Counted from the stretch's first letter, positions 1 through 10,710 are shown. The stretch is 64,000 bases of DNA from Fibrobacterota bacterium (GCA_043753995.1 JAYUVP010000249.1:32001-96000), one strand, 5' to 3'. The notes: generated from the sequence alone by a model not told the origin. Numbers and translations: made by a program.

Positions 1-1
1 T

Positions 2-1153
2 GGTTACAGCGGTATCTGCATTTACACTGCGCAATTGTGCAAAGGTCTGGCGAGTGCTGGGGTCCAAGTCTCCCTTGTTACGAGTCGACTTTATGATCCT
101 GCGGTCATGAAACCTGCTTACGGGTACCATGCAGTGTTGGGCGGTTGCGATCGTAAAACCTCCCGTATCCGCCGGGCCTTGGACTATATGCAAAGTTGGA
201 AGGCGCTCCCGGGAATTCTGAGATCGGAAAAGCCGGATGCGATCCATTTCCAGAATGCTCTAGTGCCCCCGCTCGATCTCCTCGTCCTCCTCTTTCTTCG
301 GTGGGTAGGGTATCCGGTCGTCTATACGGTTCATGATGTAGACCGCAGCGGCATGATGAGCCGTCAGCGGATGCGTGTACGCTTGAATCGCTTTGTCGAT
401 CGAGCTGTTTATCGCGCGGTTAGCCGCCTTATCGTGCATACCAAAGGCAGCGGCGAAGAATTGCAATCTCTCTATTCCATTCCTTCGCAGAAGATCCAAC
501 GTATCGAACATGGCAACCAAGCTTTCCACCTGGATGGGGTGGAGGTTCCTGTAAAGTCGGAAGCCAGGAAGCGCTTGAGCCTCGATCCCGATGCATTTAC
601 CGTTCTCTTTTTCGGAGACCGCCGGCCCTCCAAGGGCCTGGATTTGCTGCTACGAGCGCTGGCGAAGGCGCGTCAGAGTGCACCCGGGATGCGTCTGCTC
701 ATCGCTGGAGAGAGGCGGATGCTTGACACAACCGATTATGAAGGGCTCGCAGCGTCTGAAGGAGTAAGCGACCTTTGCGCCTTTCACGATCGCTTCATCC
801 CTAACGAAGAGGTTCCTGTCTTTTTTGTCGCCTGCGATATCGTGGCGCTTCCTTATCGGAAAATCTATCAGAGCGGAGTGGTGCATCTCGCCTTCGCCTT
901 TGCGCGTCCCGTGTTGGCGTCGCGGGTGGGCGGATTGCAAGAAACGGTGGAGGAAGGCAAGACGGGATTTTTTGTCGAAGATCCCGAGGATCTCGATCAA
1001 TTGGCGGCTGTCCTGCTGGAAGCCTACCGGAAGCGCGACTCCCTGCCCGCCATGGGTGCCGAAGCCCGCCGCATCGAAATGGAAGAGCATGGTTGGGAGG
1101 AAATCGCCAAAACCACGCTTAGGATGTATGAAGCCATCCAGGCGGAGCGATGA
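2..1153 (+). CDS. Glycosyltransferase family 4 (GT-B), 5'-truncated by the window edge
   Basis: Frame is open from base 2 (GYSGICIYTAQLCKGL). GT4 motifs YTVHD, FFGDRRPSKGLD, LPYRKIYQSGV and PVLASRVGGLQETV. Confidence 0.9.
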   Translation, partial: GYSGICIYTAQLCKGLASAGVQVSLVTSRLYDPAVMKPAYGYHAVLGGCDRKTSRIRRALDYMQSWKALPGILRSEKPDAIHFQNALVPPLDLLVLLFLRWVGYPVVYTVHDVDRSGMMSRQRMRVRLNRFVDRAVYRAVSRLIVHTKGSGEELQSLYSIPSQKIQRIEHGNQAFHLDGVEVPVKSEARKRLSLDPDAFTVLFFGDRRPSKGLDLLLRALAKARQSAPGMRLLIAGERRMLDTTDYEGLAASEGVSDLCAFHDRFIPNEEVPVFFVACDIVALPYRKIYQSGVVHLAFAFARPVLASRVGGLQETVEEGKTGFFVEDPEDLDQLAAVLLEAYRKRDSLPAMGAEARRIEMEEHGWEEIAKTTLRMYEAIQAER

Positions 1154-1941
1154 CCCCGGGAGTGGCCGAGCAAGCGCAGCAAAAAGTTTCCATTTTCGGG
1201 ATTCGCTTCCGAATTTTAACTGTATGTGATCTCATTGACTTTATTTTGAAATCAGCTGGCAAAAGCGAGCGTGTCATCATCGATTATGTGAATGTCCGCT
1301 CGCTCAATCTGGCATACCGAGATCCATGGTTGAAAAATTTCCTCAACCGTTGCGATATGCTCTTCTGCGACGGGATAGGTGTCGTGATCGGCGCCAACAT
1401 GCTGGGTTACCGTATGGGCAAGAAGCACCGGATGACCTGTCCTGACTTCCTGGATGGCCTGGCATCTCAACTGGCTGCAGAATCCCGCAGCTTGTACCTG
1501 CTAGCAGGCGCACCTGGAGTGGCCGCGCGCGCGGCCGAACTGTTGGTGCAGCGCCACCCTTCCCTCAAGGTGGCCCAGCATCACGGCTACTTCAAAAAAA
1601 CTGGCCCGGAGAATGAGCAAGTCTTGGAAGCGTTGGAGCGGTTCCGGCCCGACGTGCTGTACGTGGGATTCGGAATGCCCATTCAGGAACATTGGATCGA
1701 AGACAATCTCGACCGGTTACCGGCCAAGGTCATACTGCCCCTGGGGGCTTGCTTGGATTTCTACACCGGCATGGCCTACCGAGGCCCACGTTGGATGACC
1801 GACCATGGCTTGGAATGGCTGGGCCGGTTGTTCACGGAATCGCCCAAGCGCGTCTTTGGTCGTTATGTGATGGGAAATCCGTTATTCCTATTACGCGTCT
1901 TGATAGAAAGGCTCCGGGGGGGCGGAGCCTCGCGGGCTTAG
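1150..1941 (+). CDS. WecB/TagA/CpsF family glycosyltransferase (GT26)
   Basis: Motifs DGIGV, HHGYF, VGFGMPIQEHW, GACLDF and GLEWLGRL. ATGA overlap with the upstream GT4. Confidence 0.92.
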   Translation: MTPGVAEQAQQKVSIFGIRFRILTVCDLIDFILKSAGKSERVIIDYVNVRSLNLAYRDPWLKNFLNRCDMLFCDGIGVVIGANMLGYRMGKKHRMTCPDFLDGLASQLAAESRSLYLLAGAPGVAARAAELLVQRHPSLKVAQHHGYFKKTGPENEQVLEALERFRPDVLYVGFGMPIQEHWIEDNLDRLPAKVILPLGACLDFYTGMAYRGPRWMTDHGLEWLGRLFTESPKRVFGRYVMGNPLFLLRVLIERLRGGGASRA

Positions 1942-4385
1942 TTTTCCAATGCGGGGTCGTATTCCTCAACATCGTATTGATCTCCGTCCTGCCAATCCAT
2001 GAATCCGTTCCCGGTAGTAATCTTGCCCCCAAAGCAATAAATCTTACTCTTACTTTCAACGCATGCGGAATGGGTAATTGGAAGGAGGCGGTCACTCACC
2101 CTTTTAGAAGTTCCCAGCTCCAAGTTAAAGGCATCGACCCTCGTTTTTCCAGTTTTAAGGACACCATTCTCATACCACTCATTATAGCCGCCGATGGTAT
2201 AGACTAAATCATTCAGTTGCACCAATGAAAACAGTCGTTTGCTAGCAGGTTCTGGCCACTTCTTATTTTTAATCCACACCTTACTGGTAGTGTCATAAAT
2301 ATCAATAAACATAGGTAGATCGCGATATCCGTCTACTCCAAATACCGTATACAATTTTCCGTTTGACCAAAAACAAGTAGGAACTGAAATCGCATCGGAG
2401 TCTTGTTTGATGGTCCACGTTTCCTCGGTGGGCCTGTACTCAAATAGTGTTCTCTTATTCTGCTCAAAATCCTGTCCGACCATTAGGAATTTATCACCAG
2501 TATAAGATCCGGATAGGTTGTATTGTTGGATTTCAGTCGAAGCACCCAGACGCCATTTTGGAGAAATGGGGTCAAAGATAAAGGCCTGAGTTTTTCTTTC
2601 GCGTGGAGTATTCCCAAAGGCATAAATTAAGCCATTTCCCCTTTGGCAATAGGACAAGTAGGACATAACTGGAAGTTCATAATAAGTAGTATTTGACCAT
2701 TTATTAGTAGAGGGGAAATAATAAGCGTGTTGAGTGTAATCTGGATTGGAATGTTGCATTAAAAGAATGCTGTCTCCCATATTTATGGCAAATAGGCTGC
2801 GATACATAGATCCTCCAAAAGGCATTTTTGATTTCAATGACCAGCCATTGGGTTTTATAAAGATATCTACAGGCCCTAAATTTGCGCTACGACGACCATC
2901 GTTGACCGTGATCGAAATCCTTGAAACAAGTCCTTTATCGCTATTGGTTGGAGTTCCAGTCATTACTCCTGTCAGGGTGTCCAAAGTCATCCATTTCGGA
3001 AGGCCTGATGCGGTTATCCTAAGTTTATCTCCATCTGCATCGGAAATTTTCGGTCTCCAGGACACAAGAGAATTGGCCCAGATACTATCTGGCCAATTCA
3101 AGCTAATTTCTGGTCCTCTATTACTCATCACCCATACAGTCTTATTCCAAACCGTGCCGCCCACGTCTTTCACCTTGATGTAGACTCCATAGATGCCCTC
3201 TTTGGGCCAACCGAATTTCAACAGCGCGGTCGCTTGTCGCTGGCCTCCCAAAGTGGTCGTGGCAATGATGGAATCCGGACGTCCCAAGGCCCACGTAACC
3301 TCGGCAAGACCCCTTCCAGTGCTTTCCAACTGGGCGACCACTTCGGTGGAATCCACCGACTTCTCGGCATCCCATCTTACACTTGTGACGCTGGCATTGA
3401 TGGTGGTCGCTGCGGCAGAGGGAGGCGGTGCACTGACCTCCGCGAATTCATAACCAAGACCGATCTGATCGGAGCGGCTACGGATACGGACCCGATAGCG
3501 ATACCGCATTCCTGATGGGTCTGATTGGGAATACGGAAAGTTCAAAGTGGATCGAACCAAGGTATCTGCGTAGCTGCTATCGGTTGTAATTCCGATAGGT
3601 AGGTAAGAGAGACTGACGGCATTGGCGGGATCGCGATAAATCAGGTATTCCGAAAAATTGCGATAAGCGACCGGCTTCCAACTCAAATGCATAATGCCAT
3701 TCAGGGTATCATAGGAGGCGGCGATCTCCCGCACCACTGGAATGCCCGTGAATGGAAGCCACAGCGTGTCCTTCAGAGAGTCGACTTTCCCACCTTCGAC
3801 GCGGATCGTTTTGTAAAGGGGCGGGTACTCGAGTAAGGTGGTCAAAACGCGCAAGGTATAAGTTCCCCGTGCAAGATTGTTCAACCGGAAATGTCCATCC
3901 CCTTCCACATTGGCAAAGGCATTGGTTCCCATCACTTGCACGGTGGTCGTAATAGGGTCGTGGTTCGGCTGCAATCCAACAATTCCCGCAACCGAGCCGG
4001 GTGCTCCTAAGGTGTCATTGGAAATGGTTGTGGTTTGCTCCGAGATGAATACAGAGTCTGTAAAGGAATACTGGCCCTTCAATTCGCTCAGGACATTGTA
4101 TTCGCCACGGACCAGGGAGTCGACTTGGTATTTGCCCTGCTCATCGGCGAAGTCAGAAAAGGCTGGCGCGCCAGAGTCGGGCAAATGATCGACAGGGAAT
4201 AAGCGGACTCGTGCTCCCTTGGCGGGTGTGCCGTCGGCCAAGTAGACAAAGCCCACGCGGAGTTCATTGTCGACGATGGTGCCGCGCTTGGTTTCCTTAT
4301 CTGATTCGAAGAGGCAACCGGAACCCAAAAGGGTTGCCGATGCAAGCAGGGTTATCCATTTCTGTTTGATCACTTTGAGCCTCAT
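1938..4385 (-). CDS. Lipoprotein with N-terminal carboxypeptidase-regulatory-like beta domains, a putative Ig (He_PIG-like) domain and C-terminal Kelch repeats
   Basis: Lipobox-like LLGSG-C. DADGDKL...GLPKWMTLD..TG.MTGTP is Ig-like. Repeated Kelch features (VYTIGG, IYCFGG, YDP, W). Confidence 0.75.
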   Translation of the reverse strand: MRLKVIKQKWITLLASATLLGSGCLFESDKETKRGTIVDNELRVGFVYLADGTPAKGARVRLFPVDHLPDSGAPAFSDFADEQGKYQVDSLVRGEYNVLSELKGQYSFTDSVFISEQTTTISNDTLGAPGSVAGIVGLQPNHDPITTTVQVMGTNAFANVEGDGHFRLNNLARGTYTLRVLTTLLEYPPLYKTIRVEGGKVDSLKDTLWLPFTGIPVVREIAASYDTLNGIMHLSWKPVAYRNFSEYLIYRDPANAVSLSYLPIGITTDSSYADTLVRSTLNFPYSQSDPSGMRYRYRVRIRSRSDQIGLGYEFAEVSAPPPSAAATTINASVTSVRWDAEKSVDSTEVVAQLESTGRGLAEVTWALGRPDSIIATTTLGGQRQATALLKFGWPKEGIYGVYIKVKDVGGTVWNKTVWVMSNRGPEISLNWPDSIWANSLVSWRPKISDADGDKLRITASGLPKWMTLDTLTGVMTGTPTNSDKGLVSRISITVNDGRRSANLGPVDIFIKPNGWSLKSKMPFGGSMYRSLFAINMGDSILLMQHSNPDYTQHAYYFPSTNKWSNTTYYELPVMSYLSYCQRGNGLIYAFGNTPRERKTQAFIFDPISPKWRLGASTEIQQYNLSGSYTGDKFLMVGQDFEQNKRTLFEYRPTEETWTIKQDSDAISVPTCFWSNGKLYTVFGVDGYRDLPMFIDIYDTTSKVWIKNKKWPEPASKRLFSLVQLNDLVYTIGGYNEWYENGVLKTGKTRVDAFNLELGTSKRVSDRLLPITHSACVESKSKIYCFGGKITTGNGFMDWQDGDQYDVEEYDPALEN

Positions 4386-5206
4386 CGGGTCACGGGAAAA
4401 AATTGAATGTTGAATTGGTAGACGCGCTCCGGTGCCGCATCTTCTTCCATGAGGAGCATCAGCCGTTTCCGCAGGACTTCGATTTCGTTCACTGCGTTCT
4501 CAAACCCTTTTTTGGAGAATGAAAAAGTGATGGCGGAGATATGTCTTTCCTCTTTCTCCACCTCTTCAAGCGCGGTCATGGCGAGTTCCATGGTGGTACG
4601 CAAAAAATTTGCCACATACAGGGATTTGAAGCTGGGATCCTTTTTCAAGGTGGATTCCCTGGGCTTGTATTTACCCTGCGCGTTTTTGCGCACGAAACCC
4701 AGCTTTTCCAGCAGTGCCATGGCGTCACGAGCCTGAGATGGCTTGATAGGGGGCATCAGCTTTTTGGCTAAGGCGTCCACATCTCCCGAGAAATCATGGA
4801 TGAAAAGCAATTCCCGGATAACGGTGTTGTACCAACTGCTAAAGAATTCCAACTGCTCGCGCCCGACGAGGTCGACCCGTCGGTCCTTGAAGGAAACGAG
4901 TTTGCGGAAATGGCGATTCCGTTCCTCAAGCGTACTGGACTGGTTATAGAGCACCAGGGTTTCCAAGTAGTCGACTTCTTTTTCCCTCAACTCTAGGAGT
5001 TCGGCGAGTTTGACAATAGTTGCGCTCCCGAGATTTGCTCTTCCTTTTAGAACATCACCGAACCACCCGCTGGATGCAAATCCCAGTCGGGAGCTGATAT
5101 AGCGGTGTGAAAATCGAGGGTTTTTGGCTCTGGTATGGGCATAAAAATCTTTTAGGAAAAGGCGGAAATCGGTATAGGCGAAAATGGAGGGGGTTTGTGA
5201 TTGCAT
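4382..5206 (-). CDS. TIGR02147 family protein (Fibrobacter paralogous family, DUF4423-type C-terminus, N-terminal HTH-like)
   Basis: IFAYTDFRLFLKD..FSHR...LGFASSG..V.KG..NL, WYNTVIREL and VYQFNIQFFP. Start placed at MQSQTP (5206). Stop overlaps the lipoprotein start (ATGA). Confidence 0.85.
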   Translation of the reverse strand: MQSQTPSIFAYTDFRLFLKDFYAHTRAKNPRFSHRYISSRLGFASSGWFGDVLKGRANLGSATIVKLAELLELREKEVDYLETLVLYNQSSTLEERNRHFRKLVSFKDRRVDLVGREQLEFFSSWYNTVIRELLFIHDFSGDVDALAKKLMPPIKPSQARDAMALLEKLGFVRKNAQGKYKPRESTLKKDPSFKSLYVANFLRTTMELAMTALEEVEKEERHISAITFSFSKKGFENAVNEIEVLRKRLMLLMEEDAAPERVYQFNIQFFPVTR

Positions 5207-5351
5207 GGGCGTTGGTTTAGTATAGGTCGATATCCCGGTGACCTGATTGCCATAGAAGCAAGAAGCGCTCTTTTTTTCCGGACGGTTGGCTATGCGGAAC
5301 CTTCGGATGTTTTCATGACAAACCTTGCCGAGGCACCTACTTTCCAATGGA

Positions 5352-6074
5352 ATGAAAATCGTCATGACATCGGCTTGGAACCCCATCATCCCCAAGTCTG
5401 AAGCCGTCCTTACCGAACGCCGGAACAGGCTGCTGGCTAGTCTGAAGTTCTATCGCAAGTTCGAACCGATTACCCAGATCATTCTGCTCGATTCTACCCT
5501 GCTACCCCAGGACCGGGAGCAGCTTCGCGCAACCCATGGGGAAAGTCTTCAACTCCCAACCTTGAAAACGTATCCCGTTGGGGAATACCGAGGGCCAAGT
5601 TATTTGGAGTCTCTCCTCTACGCCCAATACCACCCCGATTTCGAGCCGGAAAAGGATTTCGTTTTCAAGATCACCGGTGGATATATCGTCAGGAATTTCG
5701 CCGCCATCCTTCAACGCGTGTCCGAACTACAGCTGTCGGCGATGGGGTTTCTCATCCAGCCGCCTTTGGATTTGCGGATGCACTATGCACTGACCGGTTG
5801 CCTTGGCCTACGCAGTGATTATTTCGCGGACTTTCTCCGGTTCGCATCCAGCCGCTCTGAGGAGCTGCGTACCGAACCGTTGGAGCGGATTTACTGCACC
5901 TATCTACGCAGTCTGGGGGGCAAACGTGGCGCGCGCATCCCTTATCCGGATATCGACGCCTATTTCTCCACATCGGGGTTTACCGACAAAGATTCTCGAT
6001 ACCGTAATCAATATTACGGCTGGAGGTTCTTCGCCGCCCTAGGCTTGAACACCATCACCTTAAGAAACCGCTGA
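5352..6074 (+). CDS. Hypothetical protein, possibly glycosyltransferase-related
   Basis: 240-aa ORF from MKIVMTS, with IILLDS and FVFKITGGY motifs. Lies within the polysaccharide locus. Confidence 0.6.
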   Translation: MKIVMTSAWNPIIPKSEAVLTERRNRLLASLKFYRKFEPITQIILLDSTLLPQDREQLRATHGESLQLPTLKTYPVGEYRGPSYLESLLYAQYHPDFEPEKDFVFKITGGYIVRNFAAILQRVSELQLSAMGFLIQPPLDLRMHYALTGCLGLRSDYFADFLRFASSRSEELRTEPLERIYCTYLRSLGGKRGARIPYPDIDAYFSTSGFTDKDSRYRNQYYGWRFFAALGLNTITLRNR

Positions 6075-7337
6075 AGTCGCGGCTCCCGTAGGAGCCCGGC
6101 AGCGAATGCGAGCGTACCAAAAATACGCTACGAACGAAGCAAAGGAGGCCGATAGCCCCGAGAGGGCCGCTCCGAAAAAGCTGATATGCGGGATAAGGAG
6201 TATGTTCAGTCCAATAGTGATTCCTGCTGTCGCCACCACCACCAGAATACCGATGTAGGTCTGTTCGAAATAGACTATGAAATTGGCGAATAAATGTTGG
6301 AGGCATTGGAACACGGTGCCGACTATCATGATGGGGAGCACCGGAAGAACGCTCCAATAGTCATGCTTGATGATGCCAATTTTCAGGCAAAACCAAAAGG
6401 TGACCCACTCGGCGACGCCCAGCAAGGTGAACACCAAGGCGACCACTTTCGCTGCCTTGACGACCTTGGCGAAGGCGGTAGATCGATCCTTTTCCTTGAA
6501 GAACATGGGTACCCACACGCCCTGGAACGAAGAGAAGGTCAGCATAATGACGCTGCAAATGGTCACACAAAGGTTCAACGTGGCCATCTCAGACAGGGGA
6601 TAGAACTTTTCCATAATGAACTTATCAGAAAAGCCGTAGGCGACCCCTATGACGGAAGACAGGGTGGTGGGCAATCCGATCTTAAGCGCCGTTCGTGCCA
6701 TATTCGCATCGAAATGAATACGCATCATCCGCACATAAGGGATAGCGAAAGTCAGGATGAGCAAGCCTTCGAAAATGGTAAGAGCCTTAAAACGGATCAG
6801 GGCCTTGTCGCCGGGTATCAGATAAAGCGTGGCCAAAATAAGGGGTGCTACGATGATCAAACGGCTCAGGTTGAATTTCTGTATCGTACGGATCTGGATG
6901 CTGTTGAAAAAGTGGGTCGTGACCATGGTCGAATAGATCGAGGAAGTCACGGCGGCCAGAAAGAACCATCGATACGCAGGGTAATCAATGGGATTATTCC
7001 GGAATAGGAATCCGGAAAGGCGGACATCGAGACCGGTAACTGCGATAAGTCCCAGGGCCCCCGCCAAGAAGCCTACCATAAGCAAGTTGATTGTAAATAG
7101 GAGCGCCCCTTTCCTTTCCGGAGGGAAATCATGGAACATCTTGCCCTGGGAAACGAACAGGCCGAAGTTGAGCATGGTTGCGTAAGCGCCAACGATCGAA
7201 ATCAGGTAGCTGTAGGTACCGAATTCCGATTTGCTCATTACCTTCAGGTAAAATGGGAGCAGGAATACGTTAGATGCCTTGACAATGGCATCGACACTGA
7301 GAACTCTGGAAAAACGCGATACCAACTCGGTCTTCAT
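6060..7337 (-). CDS. wzx: Wzx-type oligosaccharide flippase (polysaccharide biosynthesis protein)
   Basis: Many TM helices, with LLPFY..MS.SEFG.Y, SDKFIM and NILLIP...GAA motifs. Start placed at MKTELV. Confidence 0.85.
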   Translation of the reverse strand: MKTELVSRFSRVLSVDAIVKASNVFLLPFYLKVMSKSEFGTYSYLISIVGAYATMLNFGLFVSQGKMFHDFPPERKGALLFTINLLMVGFLAGALGLIAVTGLDVRLSGFLFRNNPIDYPAYRWFFLAAVTSSIYSTMVTTHFFNSIQIRTIQKFNLSRLIIVAPLILATLYLIPGDKALIRFKALTIFEGLLILTFAIPYVRMMRIHFDANMARTALKIGLPTTLSSVIGVAYGFSDKFIMEKFYPLSEMATLNLCVTICSVIMLTFSSFQGVWVPMFFKEKDRSTAFAKVVKAAKVVALVFTLLGVAEWVTFWFCLKIGIIKHDYWSVLPVLPIMIVGTVFQCLQHLFANFIVYFEQTYIGILVVVATAGITIGLNILLIPHISFFGAALSGLSASFASFVAYFWYARIRCRAPTGAATSAVS

Positions 7338-7395
7338 GAGAGACCGGATTCTTTCGCGGAGGGGAAGGGTTCTGGTGGGGATTTTCTTTCCCCTT

Positions 7396-9696
7396 TTACT
7401 TTTGAATTGCCTGTATTGACAAAATAACTGCCGCCGCAACTCCAAGCGTGCCCAACAAAGCATTTATGCCGACAATCCAATCCACCGGCTTGGGCTCTGG
7501 CCCCTGTGGCACATAAATCACGCTCCCCGCATCTGGCTTTCGGTTGAAGGCCCCTTCGCTAGAAGCTTCCCCGTTAGCATACTGAACCACAACCCTGCCC
7601 TTTTCGCTGCGTCTCGTAAACCCTCCGGCATGCTCGATGTAGTACCCGGTGGAAGCTCCTTCCTTGTACAATACACTGGTCTCAAACCCAACCTCGCCCA
7701 TCACCTTCACGGTGCTGGAAACCTCAGGTACAAACAAACTATCCCGGCCCACCAGTGAAATATTGCTCTTCTTCTTTGGGTGTTTCACCGCATAAGCCAC
7801 ATCCACGCCTACGCGACCAATGCTGTCTTTATGCCTGAAAAACCGAGCGCCTTCTACATAGGCCCCTTCTTTAAAACCACCCGCCCGCTCCACAACACTT
7901 GCCAATTTTTCTCCTGGATAAAGCAAAGCATATTTCCCTGGCCTATTGAACAAACCATTTAGTACCACGACTTCCTTGAGATACCAACGGGGGTCCACTG
8001 GGATATGCACCACATCATAGGGCTCCAGCCCTAGATTCTTTTCGTCCTTGTCTAAGCCGCCATCCATGGAAATTTCCACTTGCTTGACCTTGCGTTCGTG
8101 GGCATCGCCGCGAAAGACCAAGGCTTTCCCACTTTCGTGGTCGGGCAAGAACCCACCGGCTTGCATGACGAGGTCCTTCACGGTCATGCCTTTCCTGAAC
8201 TCGTATTTTCCTGGATTGAAAACTGAACCGGCGATTTCAACGCTGTCGGGTAAGAACATGTCTTTCACGCTATAGAGAATGACATTGTCCTTGGGCTCAA
8301 GATGAATAGAATCGGGTGATGTCTCTTGCACCCCATAGGCGAAAAGTTCGCTGGAGCCATCGGGATGAAAGCGCACCACGTGGACGCGACCCAGAAAGGC
8401 ATCTTCGCGCAGGCCACCGGCCTTTTGAATAAGCTGGGTGACCGAAGCAATACCTTCGCTTTGATAGGTGCCAGGGTATTTGACGGGGCCAGTGATGGTG
8501 AAATAGTTACGCGTAGGTTCGGTCGATTTCTCAATCAAAACCTTATCGCCGTCTCGCAACGTGAACGTTGCCTTGCCCGTCAAAAAATCCTGCGGCGGAG
8601 GTAGATCGATATAGTCCGATTTGCCGTCTTCAAAGACCCGCTGCAAAGTCATTTTCTGAGTCGCCGCCGTGGCATTCAAGCCGCCAGCATAGATCAACAA
8701 TTCCTTTATACCTTCGGTCTTTTTCATTTCATACATGGCGGGCCTTCCCACGTCACCGGAAATTTCCACCAGAATCTCCGCTCGCGCTGCAAAGACAATA
8801 TCGCCATCCTGCACCACGTCGGGCTTCAGGGTTTCGCCCCGTAGCAGATAATCGTATAAGTCGAGCGGATATTTTTTCCCGCCGCGATTCAGCACCAAAT
8901 TGCGAACCGTGCCGATGTCGGTGGGTCCTTGGGCAAAGTACATAGCGGTCAATATGCTGGTATGTCCTGTAAAGACATATCCGCCGGGGATTTTCACTTC
9001 TCCCAGCACGAATACTTTTTTCGGGCCGACTCGACCCACGGTGAGATTGACATTGGTGGTGCCGCGATTGATGCCTGAATAAATACGCGACAGGCGCTCG
9101 CGAACCCGCTTTTCAGCCTCGCCGACATTCAATCCAGCCAGGGGGATTTGCCCCACGCCTTCTAAGAAAATGGCGCCTTCGGCATTCAGGGTGAGCGGAT
9201 ATTCTTTTTCCTTGTCGCCCCAGAGCGAGACGGTCACGCCATCATTGGGACCGAGAATGTATTCCCGGCCAACGGCCCCAGTCGAACTGGAAAAAGCGCT
9301 TTTATCGACTGTTTGAAAAATTCTCTGTTCATAACGCTTGGCCAGGCGTTTTTTCTTCTTCCGTCCACCTTTGGTGGTATCGGCAGGGCCAGCCAGCGTG
9401 TCAAATTCCGATTCCAAGCTGTCCATGCTTTTCGGCCCGGCAATCAAGGAGTCGAGAATGGCTTCTTCAATAGCCTTGTCGGAGAGGCGTGAGTTTTCGG
9501 ATCCCTTGCGTCCGCCCGCTTGATTTTTCTTGAGCTGAACCAAGGAATCCAAGGTGGCTTGGTCCACGCCCATCATGCTTTGGGCCTGAAGCTGGCGGGC
9601 TTGCGAAACCTTGTCCTCCAAGCTTTGGCTATGGCTTGCAGAGCCCAAAGAAAAAACGAGGGCCGCCAAGGACCATCCGACATAAGATCTTGACAT
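7396..9696 (-). CDS. Polysaccharide export protein with multiple SLBB domains (Wza/KpsD-like)
   Basis: YILGPND poly_export motif, repeated GEV..PG.Y / AGG SLBB units and a C-terminal amphipathic/TM helix. Signal peptide. Alternative start at 9732. Confidence 0.9.
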   Translation of the reverse strand: MSRSYVGWSLAALVFSLGSASHSQSLEDKVSQARQLQAQSMMGVDQATLDSLVQLKKNQAGGRKGSENSRLSDKAIEEAILDSLIAGPKSMDSLESEFDTLAGPADTTKGGRKKKKRLAKRYEQRIFQTVDKSAFSSSTGAVGREYILGPNDGVTVSLWGDKEKEYPLTLNAEGAIFLEGVGQIPLAGLNVGEAEKRVRERLSRIYSGINRGTTNVNLTVGRVGPKKVFVLGEVKIPGGYVFTGHTSILTAMYFAQGPTDIGTVRNLVLNRGGKKYPLDLYDYLLRGETLKPDVVQDGDIVFAARAEILVEISGDVGRPAMYEMKKTEGIKELLIYAGGLNATAATQKMTLQRVFEDGKSDYIDLPPPQDFLTGKATFTLRDGDKVLIEKSTEPTRNYFTITGPVKYPGTYQSEGIASVTQLIQKAGGLREDAFLGRVHVVRFHPDGSSELFAYGVQETSPDSIHLEPKDNVILYSVKDMFLPDSVEIAGSVFNPGKYEFRKGMTVKDLVMQAGGFLPDHESGKALVFRGDAHERKVKQVEISMDGGLDKDEKNLGLEPYDVVHIPVDPRWYLKEVVVLNGLFNRPGKYALLYPGEKLASVVERAGGFKEGAYVEGARFFRHKDSIGRVGVDVAYAVKHPKKKSNISLVGRDSLFVPEVSSTVKVMGEVGFETSVLYKEGASTGYYIEHAGGFTRRSEKGRVVVQYANGEASSEGAFNRKPDAGSVIYVPQGPEPKPVDWIVGINALLGTLGVAAAVILSIQAIQK

Positions 9697-9774
9697 AAAA
9701 GGAAGTGTAAAAAATCCCATGATCGAAGCCAAAGAAGGAAGGCCAGCGCTAACCCTTTGCGCCTAGAGGCCCTC

Positions 9775-10710
9775 TTACATTCGCACCTTTCCGTTTAAAA
9801 AGTCTTGATAAGACTTGGCAATGCCGTCCCGCAAAGTAACCTTGGCCTTGAAGCCCAGCCCATTCAGCTTGCCCACATCGAGAAGCTTGCGCGGGGTGCC
9901 ATCAGGCTTGGAAGAGTCGAATACCAAGTCGCCTTTGAAACCCACGATATCACGCACGGTCTCGGCGAGTTCGCGAATGGTGACTTCCTGGCCGCTACCC
10001 ACATTCACTGTTTCATTCCCTAAATACTCATTCATCAAAAACAAACAGGCGTCGGCCAAATCGTCGACATAAAGGAATTCGCGCTTAGGCGAGCCTGTGC
10101 CCCAAACCACGAAATTCGGCTGCTTATTCGTTTTGGCTTCGTGCACCTTGCGCAATAAGGCTGGCAGCACATGCGCATTCATCAAGTCATAATTGTCATT
10201 CGGACCATACAAATTGGTCGGCATGCAGGAAATGAAGCTGGTGTGATATTGCTTGTTATAAGCTTCGCACATCTTGATGCCCGCGATTTTGGCGAGGGCA
10301 TAAGGCTCATTGGTAGGCTCTAAGGCGCCTGTCAGCAAGCTTTCCTCTTTCATAGGCTGCTCGGCGAATTTGGGATAAATACACGAGCTTCCCAGGAACA
10401 AAAGCTTTTTCACGCGAAATACATAAGCCGCATGAATGATATTGTTTTGAATGCAAAGATTGCTGTAAATAAACTGGGCCGGATAGGTGTTATTGGCATA
10501 AATGCCACCCACCTTGGCGGCCGCCAAAAAGACATAATCGGGCCGCTCTTGCTTGAAAAAATCATGCACGGCCTGTTGATTAGTGAGGTCGAGTTCACCG
10601 GAAGAATGCCCCTGAATATTGTTGAAGCCTTGGTCGCGTAAACGCCTGGCAATGGCAGCGCCCACCATTCCATAAAGACCGGCGACATAGATTTTTGCGG
10701 ATTTTTCCAT
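9775..10710 (-). CDS. fcl: GDP-L-fucose synthase
   Basis: [32 protein letters not shown] and [11 protein letters not shown]. Confidence 0.97.
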   Translation of the reverse strand: MEKSAKIYVAGLYGMVGAAIARRLRDQGFNNIQGHSSGELDLTNQQAVHDFFKQERPDYVFLAAAKVGGIYANNTYPAQFIYSNLCIQNNIIHAAYVFRVKKLLFLGSSCIYPKFAEQPMKEESLLTGALEPTNEPYALAKIAGIKMCEAYNKQYHTSFISCMPTNLYGPNDNYDLMNAHVLPALLRKVHEAKTNKQPNFVVWGTGSPKREFLYVDDLADACLFLMNEYLGNETVNVGSGQEVTIRELAETVRDIVGFKGDLVFDSSKPDGTPRKLLDVGKLNGLGFKAKVTLRDGIAKSYQDFLNGKVRM

